Origin: an uncultured Eubacteriales bacterium
GTDB lineage: Bacteria > Bacillota > Clostridia > TANB77 > SIG350
Length of the DNA: 58,428 nucleotides
NCBI GenBank assembly: GCA_964520895.1
Contig: CAZFOR010000004.1
Span: 1-58,428, forward strand
Direction of reading: 5' to 3'
Shown here: piece by piece, positions 30,024 through 40,167 of the stretch
Layout of the letters: every line of letters begins with the position of its first letter
Numbering within the stretch: the first letter of the stretch is position 1
Notes under the pieces: generated by a model
Databases searched by the model: none
What the model was told of the DNA's origin: nothing
The model's input: the letters and a program-made list of their open reading frames with translations, nothing else
Position numbers and translations under genes: made by a program

Positions 30024-31298
30024 ATGTCTGGTAATAAATTGAACAATGATTTTGATCAAAAGGATAATCAATTAATAGTAGTAAAGGAGCATAATAATTT
30101 ATTTGATAAAGCTATTAAGAACTTATCAAAAACAATATATTTTTCAAATGGAAGTTTTAAAAATATATTTATTGGAATGAAAAGAAGTAAGGTTATTAGA
30201 GCATTTAGAAAATACAAAAATATTTCTAATATTCCAGATGAAGAAAAGAGAGAATTAATAAATAAAAGATATGATAATGCATATAATGAGTATTTAATAG
30301 CATTAGATAATTATGTTGTATCTTGTATTTACCCTAAGGTTAAAGACAATAAAGGAAGTTATGAAGAAAATAAAATAATAGAGAGATATTTAGAAATTTC
30401 TAATTTAAAAGAAACAGAACATATGGAATATAAATACAAAAGACAAAGATTTTTAATTGAGCAAGATTTCTTTACTGTGCTAAAAATGAAAAATCTATAT
30501 TTTGTTGAAACATATAAAGAATTCTATGTTTTTAAAATGGATAATATATATAAAACATTACTTAGAAATTATAGTATTAAATTAATGGAAAAAGATAAAG
30601 GCAAATCAATTTATGATGAGATGTTTAAGGAATTAGAGCAATATATAATTGATGTATTACCATATAAAATGCAATTAAGTAACCAAGATGTATATAAAAC
30701 TATTTTAAAGGAATATAACAAGTTAGAAAGATTTAAATATGAAGCAGATAATTCAAACAGAGTAAAATATATAGAAAAAAACATGCTTCTATTAGCAATA
30801 AGTAGGGATTTATTTACACATAGCCTGCCACTTGTTGCAGCAGAGCAATGTTATGTTAAATTATTAAAAGAAGCTAGGGAATTGATAGTTGTAGCTGATA
30901 CTTTTTCTAAAAAAGAAGAGGTGTATAAATTAATTATGAGCTTAATAGAATTCTATAATATTAAACTTTTATCTAAAAAAACATATTGGGACAATCCTAA
31001 AATTAGAGAAGAATATAAAAAGTTTTGGGATGAATATAGCAGAATATCAAAACTAGAAAATATTGATTATTCAGAATATGTTAGACAAAAAGAAAGTTTG
31101 TTTATATATTATGAACTAAAATTATTAAATAGAGTTGATAATGATAAATATAATCAAATAAAACAGTTTTATAGAATTAAATTAAAAGAACTAAAAGGCT
31201 TAAAGAAAATGAGAAATAAATATATAAATCTAGAAAATAAAAAATACACATTAAAAAATAAAGATGATATAAATAAAATTAAATGTGTAAGCATATAA
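30024..31298 (+). CDS. Hypothetical Lys/Glu/Tyr-rich protein
   Basis: ATG at 30024 follows GAGGGGGA. No recognisable motif and no TM. Confidence 0.5.
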   Translation: MSGNKLNNDFDQKDNQLIVVKEHNNLFDKAIKNLSKTIYFSNGSFKNIFIGMKRSKVIRAFRKYKNISNIPDEEKRELINKRYDNAYNEYLIALDNYVVSCIYPKVKDNKGSYEENKIIERYLEISNLKETEHMEYKYKRQRFLIEQDFFTVLKMKNLYFVETYKEFYVFKMDNIYKTLLRNYSIKLMEKDKGKSIYDEMFKELEQYIIDVLPYKMQLSNQDVYKTILKEYNKLERFKYEADNSNRVKYIEKNMLLLAISRDLFTHSLPLVAAEQCYVKLLKEARELIVVADTFSKKEEVYKLIMSLIEFYNIKLLSKKTYWDNPKIREEYKKFWDEYSRISKLENIDYSEYVRQKESLFIYYELKLLNRVDNDKYNQIKQFYRIKLKELKGLKKMRNKYINLENKKYTLKNKDDINKIKCVSI

Positions 31299-31324
31299 AA
31301 TAATATTAAAATGGAGAAATTAAC

Positions 31325-32200
31325 ATGGTAGTTGAAAAAGTATTTTTTGATACAGATGATGAGGTGGAATTATTTGGACTATTACATAGTCCGAGTGAAA
31401 AAACAAATAAATGTGTTATAGCAGTTCATGGTTTAGCAAGTAATTGCTTAAAAAAGAGAGATGACAGTTTAGCTAAAATAATGTGTCAAAATAATATATC
31501 ATATTTTTGTTTTAATAATAGAGGACATGATGTTGTTAGTAACATAACGAAACAGGGAAAAAAGAAATTATCAGGAGCGGCATATGAAGATGTACTAGAT
31601 TCATATTATGATATAAAAGCAGCAGTAAACGAAATAAACAAAAATGGATATAATGAAATCTATATACAAGCACATAGTTTGGGTTGTGTTAAAACAATAT
31701 ATACATATAATAAATTATTAGAAAATAAAGAAGAGAATATATTAAATCTAATTAAAGGAATTATGTTATTGTCTTTTGTTGAGGTGCAAGATATTGAAAA
31801 TGATAAACAAAAAGTTAATGAATTAATACAGTATGCGATAGAAAAAGAAAAAATTGGGTTAGAAGATAAATTAATTGAAGGTATACCAATTATTAATATA
31901 ATTAGTGTGAAAACATTTTTAAGATATTTCAAATACAATGAAGAAATACTATATCCACGATATAGTGATGATAAATATGATTTTCAAGAGGTGAATAATA
32001 TTAAATGCCCAATATTTATGAGGTGGGGTAATGTTAATGAAATAATTAGACAAGATGCGTCTAAGCTAGTTGAGCTTGTTAATAGTAAGATAATAAATGA
32101 TAAAAAAGATATTAACCTTATTGATGGTGCAGGACATAACTACCATGAAAAATATGAACAATTAGCTAATGAAGAAGTTAATTTTATTAATAATATATAA
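31325..32200 (+). CDS. Alpha/beta-fold hydrolase
   Basis: HG oxyanion motif (AVHGLASN), nucleophile elbow AHSLG, and a C-terminal GAGH. Confidence 0.65.
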   Translation: MVVEKVFFDTDDEVELFGLLHSPSEKTNKCVIAVHGLASNCLKKRDDSLAKIMCQNNISYFCFNNRGHDVVSNITKQGKKKLSGAAYEDVLDSYYDIKAAVNEINKNGYNEIYIQAHSLGCVKTIYTYNKLLENKEENILNLIKGIMLLSFVEVQDIENDKQKVNELIQYAIEKEKIGLEDKLIEGIPIINIISVKTFLRYFKYNEEILYPRYSDDKYDFQEVNNIKCPIFMRWGNVNEIIRQDASKLVELVNSKIINDKKDINLIDGAGHNYHEKYEQLANEEVNFINNI

Positions 32201-32220
32201 TATGAAAAGGAAAAAGTTAA

Positions 32221-32715
32221 ATGGAAATATTGATTGAACATAATTACGAAGATATAGTAGATACAAAATACGAAAAAATGATTGAGGAATATAAAGATAC
32301 TATTAAGAGATGTGTTTCTTTGTGCTTAGATGAAGAGAAAATATTAACAAATAATATAGAAATATATATTAGATATACAGATAATGAGAATATACAATCT
32401 ATTAATAAACAATATAGGGATATTGATAGCCCAACAGATGTATTATCATTTCCAATGTATGACACTTTTGACGAAATTATTAGACAAGAGTTTAAAGAAA
32501 TGCCATTTATCACATTTGGAGATATAATAATATCAATACAAAGAGTTGAAGAGCAAGCAAAAAAATATGAACATTCTTTTGAAAGAGAATTAATATATTT
32601 GATAACACATGCCATGTTTCACTTGTTAGGGTATGACCATATGGATGAAAATGATAAAGTAAAAATGAGGGCAAAAGAAGATAAAATTATGAACATATTA
32701 GAAATAGTAAGATAA
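32221..32715 (+). CDS. ybeY: rRNA maturation endoribonuclease YbeY
   Basis: Metal motif HAMFHLLGYDH. 164 aa. Confidence 0.9.
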   Translation: MEILIEHNYEDIVDTKYEKMIEEYKDTIKRCVSLCLDEEKILTNNIEIYIRYTDNENIQSINKQYRDIDSPTDVLSFPMYDTFDEIIRQEFKEMPFITFGDIIISIQRVEEQAKKYEHSFERELIYLITHAMFHLLGYDHMDENDKVKMRAKEDKIMNILEIVR

Positions 32716-32750
32716 ATATAAATAGTATTTGAATTAAAGGGGTAAAAAAT

Positions 32751-33980
32751 ATGGATGAATTTAATAATGAAGAAAAAGTAAATCAAACTAATGAGGTAAA
32801 TGGAGAGAATAATTTAAATGAAGAACCAATAAATCAAGAAACAACTAATAATGAAGAAGTAAGCAATAATGACAATGAAATAAACAAACATAAAAAAGCA
32901 AAGTATGCAAAAAATACACAAGATGATGATACAAAAATAACAAAAAAACAAATAGTAATAGTAATTTTGTTATTAGTAGGACTTCTTGCTATTGGACTAC
33001 TTTTAGGATTTTCAGCATTTAAATATAATGAACTACATAGTAAACCAATAATAAAAAATACAAGTGGATTAGAAGAAAATAAACAAGATACAGTTCAAAA
33101 GGAAATACAAATATTTAAAGGTGATAGTAGACCAATTGCTGTAATGATAGATAATGAAAAACCTGCTTGGCCACATGCTGGATTAAATGAAGCATATTTA
33201 TTATATGAAATAATAATTGAAGGCGGAGAAAGCAGAATAATGGCACTTTTTAAAGGTGCAACAACAAAGAAAATTGGACCGGTTAGAAGTGCAAGACATT
33301 ATTTTTTGGATTATGCTATGGAAAATGATGCAATATATGTGCATTTTGGATGGAGTCCAAAGGCACAATCTAATATTAAAAAATATGGAATTAATAATTT
33401 AAATGGTGTAACAAATGATGGAACAATTTTTTGGAGAGAAGGAAATAAAAATTCATACCATAATGCTTTTACTAGTATAGAAAATATAACTAAAAAATCA
33501 GAAAAAAAAGAGTATAGAACAACATCATTAGATAAAGGAGTATTTACTTATTCTGCTGATGAAGTATTGTTAAATACAGGTTTAAGCGCTAAAACTATTA
33601 ATTTAAAATATTCAGGTTTACAAAACGTAAAATATGTATATAATGAACAAACAAAAATGTATGACAGATACATGAGAGGTAGCTTACATAAAGATAGATT
33701 TACAGATGAAACATTTACAGCTAAAAATATAATTGTTTGTTATATTAAAAATGGATTACTAGATGATCCAGAAAATAAAGGTAGACAAGAATTATATAAT
33801 TCAGGTGAAGGTGAAGGATTGTATATAACAAATGGTGAATATATCAATATAAAATGGAGTAAATCAGATGATAAAGAAAAAACAAAATATTATGATTTAA
33901 ATGGAAAAGAAATCGTATTAAATGATGGTAGAACATGGGTACAAATTATACCTATTGGTAATAAAGCAGTTATTGAATAA
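32751..33980 (+). CDS. DUF3048 (YerB-like) membrane-anchored protein
   Basis: Acidic low-complexity N-terminus, one TM, then PIAVMIDNEKPAWPHAGLNEAYLLYEIIIEGGESRIMALF. Confidence 0.7.
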   Translation: MDEFNNEEKVNQTNEVNGENNLNEEPINQETTNNEEVSNNDNEINKHKKAKYAKNTQDDDTKITKKQIVIVILLLVGLLAIGLLLGFSAFKYNELHSKPIIKNTSGLEENKQDTVQKEIQIFKGDSRPIAVMIDNEKPAWPHAGLNEAYLLYEIIIEGGESRIMALFKGATTKKIGPVRSARHYFLDYAMENDAIYVHFGWSPKAQSNIKKYGINNLNGVTNDGTIFWREGNKNSYHNAFTSIENITKKSEKKEYRTTSLDKGVFTYSADEVLLNTGLSAKTINLKYSGLQNVKYVYNEQTKMYDRYMRGSLHKDRFTDETFTAKNIIVCYIKNGLLDDPENKGRQELYNSGEGEGLYITNGEYINIKWSKSDDKEKTKYYDLNGKEIVLNDGRTWVQIIPIGNKAVIE

Positions 33981-34003
33981 ACATTTAAATGTTATATCAA
34001 AGC

Positions 34004-34056
34004 AAAAAAATAAAGCTGTACAACTCTCGATAGAATTGTACAGCTTTATTTTTTTT
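34004..34056. terminator. Bidirectional terminator between the DUF3048 and HAD genes
   Basis: AAATAAAGCTGTACAA-N12-TTGTACAGCTTTATTT with flanking A and T runs. Confidence 0.7.
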
Positions 34057-34591
34057 ACTTGAATTCATTTAAGCAAAACTTTTCGATTATGTCTGTTACA
34101 CCGTTATTGTTATTGTCAAATGGTGAAACGTAATTGGCACAGTTTTTTATTTTCTGTATTGCATTATCTGTTGTTGCACCAATTCCAGCGTAGCGTATTA
34201 GTTCAATGTCATTAAAATCATCCCCAATTGCTAAAACGTCATCAAAAGAAATATTAATCTTTTTGCATAATGAATTTACACCGGTTGCTTTGGTAATTAA
34301 ACCATCAAATGGTAAAGATGCAAGAACCATATTAAAGAAACATCTTAATTTACTTGTTAATTTAGTGTTAGTATTGATATCCCAAATGCACATTCCGTCA
34401 GAGGTAATTAAATAATCAGCATTGCATTCCATAGCTAGTTCAATTGAACTTTTGTATGAACGTCCAGTTGCTATGCAAACCTTAATGCCTAATTGCTTAG
34501 CTGATAATATTGAATCTAAGTCTCTGAGAGATATTGTTTTGTAGTAAGATAAAAGCGTTCCGTCAAGGTCTAAAACCATTAATTTAATCAT
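34055..34591 (-). CDS. Cof-type HAD-IIB phosphatase, unusually short (reduced cap region)
   Basis: Motif I DLDGTL, motif II ATGRS, motifs III/IV GDDFNDIEL. It is only about 178 aa, whereas the family is usually around 260 aa. Confidence 0.6.
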   Translation of the reverse strand: MIKLMVLDLDGTLLSYYKTISLRDLDSILSAKQLGIKVCIATGRSYKSSIELAMECNADYLITSDGMCIWDINTNTKLTSKLRCFFNMVLASLPFDGLITKATGVNSLCKKINISFDDVLAIGDDFNDIELIRYAGIGATTDNAIQKIKNCANYVSPFDNNNNGVTDIIEKFCLNEFK

Positions 34592-34749
34592 TCTTTTCAC
34601 TCCTTAAAATAAGTTTGTGTATATTAATAGGTATTTCGTTTACATAAATATATCATTTTTATATAATTTTGTCAAATTAATATAAAAAGGTATGGACAAA
34701 TTTTAAGAAACAATGTAAACTAGTGTATAGAAAAAGGGGGACACATAAA

Positions 34750-36348
34750 ATGATAAGTACAAATAATTTAACATTAAAGTTCGGAACAAGAGCATTATTC
34801 GAAGATGTTAATATAAAATTCACAAAAGGAAACTGCTACGGATTAATAGGCGCAAATGGTGCTGGAAAAACAACATTTTTAAAAATATTAGCAGGAGAGA
34901 TTGAATCTACAAAAGGGGAAGTAATTATTGAAAAAGGACAAAGAATGTCTGTTTTAAAACAAAATCACAACGTATATGATGAATATACAGTTTTAGATAC
35001 GGTAATTATGGGGAATGAAGAGTTATATAATATAATGAAAGAAAAAGATGCAATATATATGAAACCAGATTTTTCGGAAAAAGATGGTATAAGAGCTGGT
35101 GAATTAGAAGAGAGATTTTCGGAGTTAAATGGGTGGATGGCAGAATCAGAAGCATCAACATTGTTGAATTCACTAGGGATTAATTCAGAATTACAAAGTA
35201 AATATATGAAAGATTTATCATCAAATGATAAAGTTAAGATATTGCTTGCACAAGCATTATTCCAAAATCCTGATATTTTGCTATTAGATGAACCTACAAA
35301 TGGACTAGATGAAAAAACTGTAAGATGGCTTGAAGAGTTTTTAATTGATTTTGATAATACAGTAATAGTAATATCACATGATAGACATTTCCTAAATAAA
35401 ATATGTACACATATAGCTGATATCGATTTTGGCAAAATTCAAATATACGTAGGAAATTATGATTTTTGGTATGAATCTAGTCAACTTATGCTAAAACAAG
35501 TTAAAGAAGCTAATAAAAAGAAAGAAGAAAAAATTAAAGAATTACAAGAATTTATATCAAGATTTAGTGCTAATGCTTCTAAATCAAAACAAGCTACTTC
35601 AAGAAAAAAATTGCTTGAAAATATAGTACTAGATGATATTAAACCATCAACTAGAAAATATCCATATATAGACTTTAAATTTGAAAAAGCGCTAGGAAAT
35701 GAAATATTGGAAGTAAAGAATTTAACAAAAGTAGTTGATGGAAAAACTGTTTTAAATAAAATTACATTTAAAGTAAAAAAGGGCGATAAAATTGCTTTTA
35801 TTGATAATGATGGAATTGCAAGAACAGCTCTATTTAATATAATTGGTGGTGTAGATAAAGGTGACCAAGGTGGATTGATATGGGGGAAAACACCAATTGT
35901 TTCATATTTCTCAAAAAATAGTGATGATGAATTTAATAGTAATGAAAATATAATTGAATGGTTAACTAAATATTCAACAGATAAAGATGAAACTTATGTA
36001 AGAGGATTTTTAGGTAGAATGTTATTTTCAGGTGAAGAAGCATTTAAAAAAGTAAAAGTATTATCAGGAGGAGAAAAGGTTAGATGTTTAATGTCAAAAA
36101 TGATGGTTAGTGGTGCTAATATGTTAGTATTAGATGAACCAACAAACCACTTGGATTTGGAGTCAATAACATCACTAAATAATGGACTTATAAATTTTGA
36201 TGGTATAGTTTTATTTGGAACACATGATTATCAATTAATGCAAACAACAGCTAATAGAATAATTGAAATAACTGATGAAGGTATAATAGATAAACAAATG
36301 ACATATGATGAGTATTTACAATTTAAACAGAAAAATTTAAAATCATAA
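34750..36348 (+). CDS. ABC-F family ATPase (two ABC domains, no TM domain)
   Basis: Two Walker A / signature / Walker B sets (GANGAGKTT, LSSNDK, LLLDEPTNGLD; then LSGGEK, LVLDEPTNHLD) with a charged linker. Confidence 0.85.
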   Translation: MISTNNLTLKFGTRALFEDVNIKFTKGNCYGLIGANGAGKTTFLKILAGEIESTKGEVIIEKGQRMSVLKQNHNVYDEYTVLDTVIMGNEELYNIMKEKDAIYMKPDFSEKDGIRAGELEERFSELNGWMAESEASTLLNSLGINSELQSKYMKDLSSNDKVKILLAQALFQNPDILLLDEPTNGLDEKTVRWLEEFLIDFDNTVIVISHDRHFLNKICTHIADIDFGKIQIYVGNYDFWYESSQLMLKQVKEANKKKEEKIKELQEFISRFSANASKSKQATSRKKLLENIVLDDIKPSTRKYPYIDFKFEKALGNEILEVKNLTKVVDGKTVLNKITFKVKKGDKIAFIDNDGIARTALFNIIGGVDKGDQGGLIWGKTPIVSYFSKNSDDEFNSNENIIEWLTKYSTDKDETYVRGFLGRMLFSGEEAFKKVKVLSGGEKVRCLMSKMMVSGANMLVLDEPTNHLDLESITSLNNGLINFDGIVLFGTHDYQLMQTTANRIIEITDEGIIDKQMTYDEYLQFKQKNLKS

Positions 36349-36457
36349 TATATAAAAAACGCTTTAGGATCAAAAACTTAAAGTGTTTTTTCTTACATAT
36401 TAGTATTGACAAAAGAACAAATGTTTGATATATATGTTATATGAGGAGGTAATAATT

Positions 36458-37156
36458 ATGGTATATACATATAATAAATTAGTAAGAGATAAAATTGTTG
36501 AAAACATTGAATTAAAAGGTAGTAAATGCACATATAAAATATTAGATGATGAGAAATATTCAAAAGAGCTAGATAAAAAATTACTAGAAGAAGCTAATGA
36601 ATATATTACAGATCATAGTATTGAAGAAATGGCAGATTTAATGCAGGTTATAACAGATATATGTAAATCAAGAAATTTAAACAAAGATGATATAGAAAAA
36701 ACAATGCAACAAAAATATGATAAAAAAGGCGGGTTTAGTAAAAAAATATATTTGAAAACAGTTGAGGAAGATGAGTTTTATAAAAAAGAAGTTGATAGTA
36801 AAAATCAAAATCAAATAGACTTATTAAAAAGGCTTGATGAAAATGATAGTTTAAGAACAGTTCAAAATTATATTAAAGAAGTAATTGATATTAGAGGATT
36901 TAGCAACCAACCGATTGGAAATACAATGTTACTACTATTAGAAGAGGTTGGGGAATTAGCAAAAGCAATACGAAAAAATGCTACTAACATGTCTATTGAT
37001 ACACAAAAATTGTATAATTATGATACAATAGACAGTGAAGTAGCAGATGTATTTATAGTTCTTACAACTATTTGTAATAAATTAAATATAGATTTATTTA
37101 ATTCGATAATTGAAAAAGAAAAACAAAATTCGCAAAGAGTTTGGAAAAAGGATTAA
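36458..37156 (+). CDS. MazG-like nucleotide pyrophosphohydrolase (two all-alpha NTP-PPase-like halves)
   Basis: LLEEANEY…EEMADL and LLLLEEVGELAKAIRK…EVADVF are EExxE/D-type MazG motifs. Confidence 0.6.
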   Translation: MVYTYNKLVRDKIVENIELKGSKCTYKILDDEKYSKELDKKLLEEANEYITDHSIEEMADLMQVITDICKSRNLNKDDIEKTMQQKYDKKGGFSKKIYLKTVEEDEFYKKEVDSKNQNQIDLLKRLDENDSLRTVQNYIKEVIDIRGFSNQPIGNTMLLLLEEVGELAKAIRKNATNMSIDTQKLYNYDTIDSEVADVFIVLTTICNKLNIDLFNSIIEKEKQNSQRVWKKD

Positions 37157-37398
37157 TGTTTTCTTTTATCAATAATATTTAATAATATACCTATTGTAAT
37201 ACCTTGTAAAAATAGCATAATGGATGTTTGATATAACTCAATAGCTAAATTATATGTATCTACTGTTTGTAAAGATTTGTTTACAAAAATGTTTCCAGAA
37301 ATGAAACAAAAAACAAGAGATATTGACAATATTAGGTATGTTATTAATTTACTATTTTTATTTAAAGAACTAATTTCAGTTAAAACTGATTTAAACAT
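37153..37398 (-). CDS. Hypothetical small membrane protein downstream of rpsT
   Basis: ATG at 37398 follows GAGGTGA. Two hydrophobic helices. Its stop overlaps the mazG-like stop by 4 nt (convergent). Confidence 0.4.
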   Translation of the reverse strand: MFKSVLTEISSLNKNSKLITYLILSISLVFCFISGNIFVNKSLQTVDTYNLAIELYQTSIMLFLQGITIGILLNIIDKRKH

Positions 37399-37475
37399 AA
37401 AAATCACCTCAATATATGTTACTTGTATATTAATAATAACATATATTGGGGTGATTTTCAAAAGTAATTATTACC

Positions 37476-37733
37476 TTATTTTACAGTATTTACTTTTTTA
37501 GCTAATGCTGATTTTTTTCTATTTGCAGTGTTTTTCTTTAATACACCTTTTGCACAAGCTTTGTCAACTGATTTTACAGCTGATTTGAAAGCATCTTGAA
37601 CATTATCATTTTTTTCAATAGCTGTATCTAATTTTTTAACAGCTGTTTTGTATTGTGATTTAATCATACTATTTTGTAATGTTTTTGTTTTTATTACTTC
37701 AACTCTTTTTTTTGCTGATTTAATATTTGGCAT
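37476..37733 (-). CDS. rpsT: 30S ribosomal protein S20
   Basis: MPNIKSAKKRVEVIKTKTLQN… 85 aa. Confidence 0.95.
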   Translation of the reverse strand: MPNIKSAKKRVEVIKTKTLQNSMIKSQYKTAVKKLDTAIEKNDNVQDAFKSAVKSVDKACAKGVLKKNTANRKKSALAKKVNTVK

Positions 37734-38054
37734 TTGTATTGCACCTCCTTATAACTTTAACTAAATTTTGCAAATACTATTTTAACATGTTATAAAAGGT
37801 TTTTCAAGTAATATTGCAAAAGTTATTAATAAAAGTTTACTTTTAGTAGATAAAATTAGTATAAAAAAAGTAAAAGTTTGCTTTTCTGACCTGTTTTAGT
37901 GCAATATTCATAATTTTTCTATTGACATAAGTATATGAATAATATATAATATACGTATTGCAAAAATGATTAAATTAAAAAGCAAGATAAATATTAATAT
38001 AATTAATATTTTAATATAATACATACTCCAGTAATTGGAAGGAGGGGAAAAGAT

Positions 38055-38228
38055 ATGTCAGAAATTAGAGTAAGAGAAAATGAAAATTTTGATAATGTTT
38101 TAAAAAGATTTAAAAGACAATGTGCAAAAAACGGAGTTTTAGCAGAGGTAAGAAAAAGAGAACATTATGAAAAACCTAGCGTAAAGAGAAAGAAAAAATC
38201 AGAAGCAGCTAGAAAAAGAAAATTTTAA
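38055..38228 (+). CDS. rpsU: 30S ribosomal protein S21 (57 aa; not in the ORF track)
   Basis: RBS GGAGGGG. Translation: [57 protein letters not shown]. Confidence 0.95.
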   Translation: MSEIRVRENENFDNVLKRFKRQCAKNGVLAEVRKREHYEKPSVKRKKKSEAARKRKF

Positions 38229-38242
38229 TAGAGGGTGATATT

Positions 38243-38686
38243 ATGGATTTGAAAGAACAATTAATGATAGACCTAAAAGATGCTATGAAAAACAAAGATG
38301 TAGTAGCAAAAAACACTATCACATTAATTAGAGCAGCAATATTGCAATATGAAAAAGATAAATTAACAACATTGGATGAAAATGGTGTTATAGATATAAT
38401 TTCAAAACAATTAAAAACAAGAAAAGATGCTTTAGTTGAATTTGAAAAAAGTGGTAGACAAGATTTAATTGATGGACTAAATGAAGAAATTAAAGTAGTA
38501 CAAAGATATTTACCAGAAGCATTATCAGAAGAAGAATTAACAAATATTATTAAACAAACAATAGTAGAAGTTGATGCAAAAGACATGAAGGATATGGGAA
38601 AAGTAATGAAAGCGGTTAAGGAAAAGACACTTGGCAAAGCAGATGGTAGAACAATTAATGAAATTGTAAAAAAAGAATTAGCATAA
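38243..38686 (+). CDS. yqeY: GatB/YqeY-domain protein
   Basis: LKDAMKNKD…RAAILQYEKD…RKDALVEFEKSGRQDLI…E. Its position after rpsU matches the arrangement in Bacillus. Confidence 0.85.
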   Translation: MDLKEQLMIDLKDAMKNKDVVAKNTITLIRAAILQYEKDKLTTLDENGVIDIISKQLKTRKDALVEFEKSGRQDLIDGLNEEIKVVQRYLPEALSEEELTNIIKQTIVEVDAKDMKDMGKVMKAVKEKTLGKADGRTINEIVKKELA

Positions 38687-38937
38687 AGTATTAAATAGAT
38701 AGAGACTAAATTCTATCTATTTTTTTACGTGTAAATATTGATAGAACAAACAAAAGTTTACATAAACGGTTGATAAAGTTGCCAAAATATAGTATAATTA
38801 TATTGAATAGTGTATATCAATAAAAAGCCAACTTGAGTTTCATGTTGGCGGATAAATCCTTATTATCCCATTTTCTTCGGAATTGGGTTAAATATATGAA
38901 CAAAATAAAAATTAAACAATATGAAAGGATGAAAATC

Positions 38938-40167
38938 ATGAAAAAATCAATTATCGCGTTAGTTTTAGCATTAGTTATGTTAGGAGGTACAGTATCTGCG
39001 TATAACAGTTATATGTCGGATTGGTTTTACCAAAGCACATACCAAACATTGGGTCAGCCTCAGGTTAACGAAAATTTGACGGTGTATGCAAGAAGATCTA
39101 TTCCTATGTTGATACTTGGAAGAACTCTTATTAAGGCGGGTTCGCTAGCAGTAGTAAATACATCGGTTATAAGTCCGTTTACGGATTTAGGATATTTGTA
39201 TCCTACTGACCAGCAAGTAATTGTTTCCATGTACCTGAATGGAATTGTTCAGGGCAATGGGGATGGAACCTTCACTCCTGAAAAATTTGTTACAAGAGCC
39301 CAAATGACAGCACTTGTGTACAGAACTTACAATAAAGTAAGTGGAAGGTCGGCTACAAACTACTATTCTGGAAGTCAGGGCTTTTACTACAATGATCTTG
39401 AAGGACATTGGGCAAAAGACGAGGTTAATGCCGCAACAGCATTGGGAATTGTCGATGGAAACGGAAACGGCACATTTTCTCCAGATGCATTTGTAACAAT
39501 TGAAGAAAGTCTCAAAATGATAACCCGTATGTGCGAGTTACTCGGTTTAGACCTCAATCAGTTGGCAGCAGCAATTTCCTCAACTATTGATGTTGTTTTT
39601 TATGGTAACATTAGTGGCGGAGGATATTACGGTTCTTATGACTACAATGTAGCTGTTGGAAGTTCGATTAATGTGTACTTCGACAACATAAGTACGATTT
39701 CGTCGTACACAGTAAACCAGAACAATATTGTTACTGTTACCAAATATAGTAAATACCTAAAAGTAAAAGGTAACAGAGCAGGGACGGTTCAGATAACTGC
39801 TAGAAATAGTAGTGGTAGAACTGAAACGAAGGTAATTCGTGTAGGTTCTGGTTCTGGAAATTATGACTATGACTATGATTACACTGTTTCCACAGGAAAT
39901 AGCGTAAAGGTATATTTCGATAATATATCGAATATATCATCATACAGTGTTTCACAGTCGAATATCGTTACCATTACCAAGTATAATTCATATTTGCTTG
40001 TGTATGGTAGAAATAATGGTATCGTAGAAATAACTGCTAGAAACAGTAACGGCAGAACTGAAACAAAAATCGTTCGTGTCGGTTACGGTTCTAATAGTGG
40101 CAACGATGAGCGTCCATACCATGATATGGGCGATGACGACACAGGTCGTATCATTGATGCCAGATAA
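38938..40167 (+). CDS. Secreted S-layer-homology (SLH) domain protein with two C-terminal Ig-like repeats
   Basis: Signal peptide MKKSIIALVLALVMLGGTVSA. Two SLH motifs (GIVQGNGDGTFTPEKFVTRAQM; GIVDGNGNGTFSPDAFVTIEE). Clearly higher G+C than its neighbours. Confidence 0.8.
   Translation: MKKSIIALVLALVMLGGTVSAYNSYMSDWFYQSTYQTLGQPQVNENLTVYARRSIPMLILGRTLIKAGSLAVVNTSVISPFTDLGYLYPTDQQVIVSMYLNGIVQGNGDGTFTPEKFVTRAQMTALVYRTYNKVSGRSATNYYSGSQGFYYNDLEGHWAKDEVNAATALGIVDGNGNGTFSPDAFVTIEESLKMITRMCELLGLDLNQLAAAISSTIDVVFYGNISGGGYYGSYDYNVAVGSSINVYFDNISTISSYTVNQNNIVTVTKYSKYLKVKGNRAGTVQITARNSSGRTETKVIRVGSGSGNYDYDYDYTVSTGNSVKVYFDNISNISSYSVSQSNIVTITKYNSYLLVYGRNNGIVEITARNSNGRTETKIVRVGYGSNSGNDERPYHDMGDDDTGRIIDAR
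39637..40104 (+). repeat. Internal tandem duplication (about 75 and 81 codons) within the SLH gene
   Basis: YDYNVAVGSSINVYFDNISTISSYTVNQNNIVTVTKY…ARNSSGRTETKVIRVG versus YDYDYDYTVSTGNSVKVYFDNISNISSYSVSQSNIVTITKY…ARNSNGRTETKIVRVG. Confidence 0.85.

Noticed and set aside
38209-38637. 142-aa minus-strand ORF antisense to yqeY
   Set aside because: It is fully contained in the confidently identified GatB/YqeY gene. The Ser/Phe/Ile-rich translation is a shadow ORF.
38799-38937. A riboswitch in the 5' UTR of the SLH gene
   Set aside because: Only two generic hairpins are visible and I could not recognise any known riboswitch core by eye. I left this as a suggestion to scan with Rfam.
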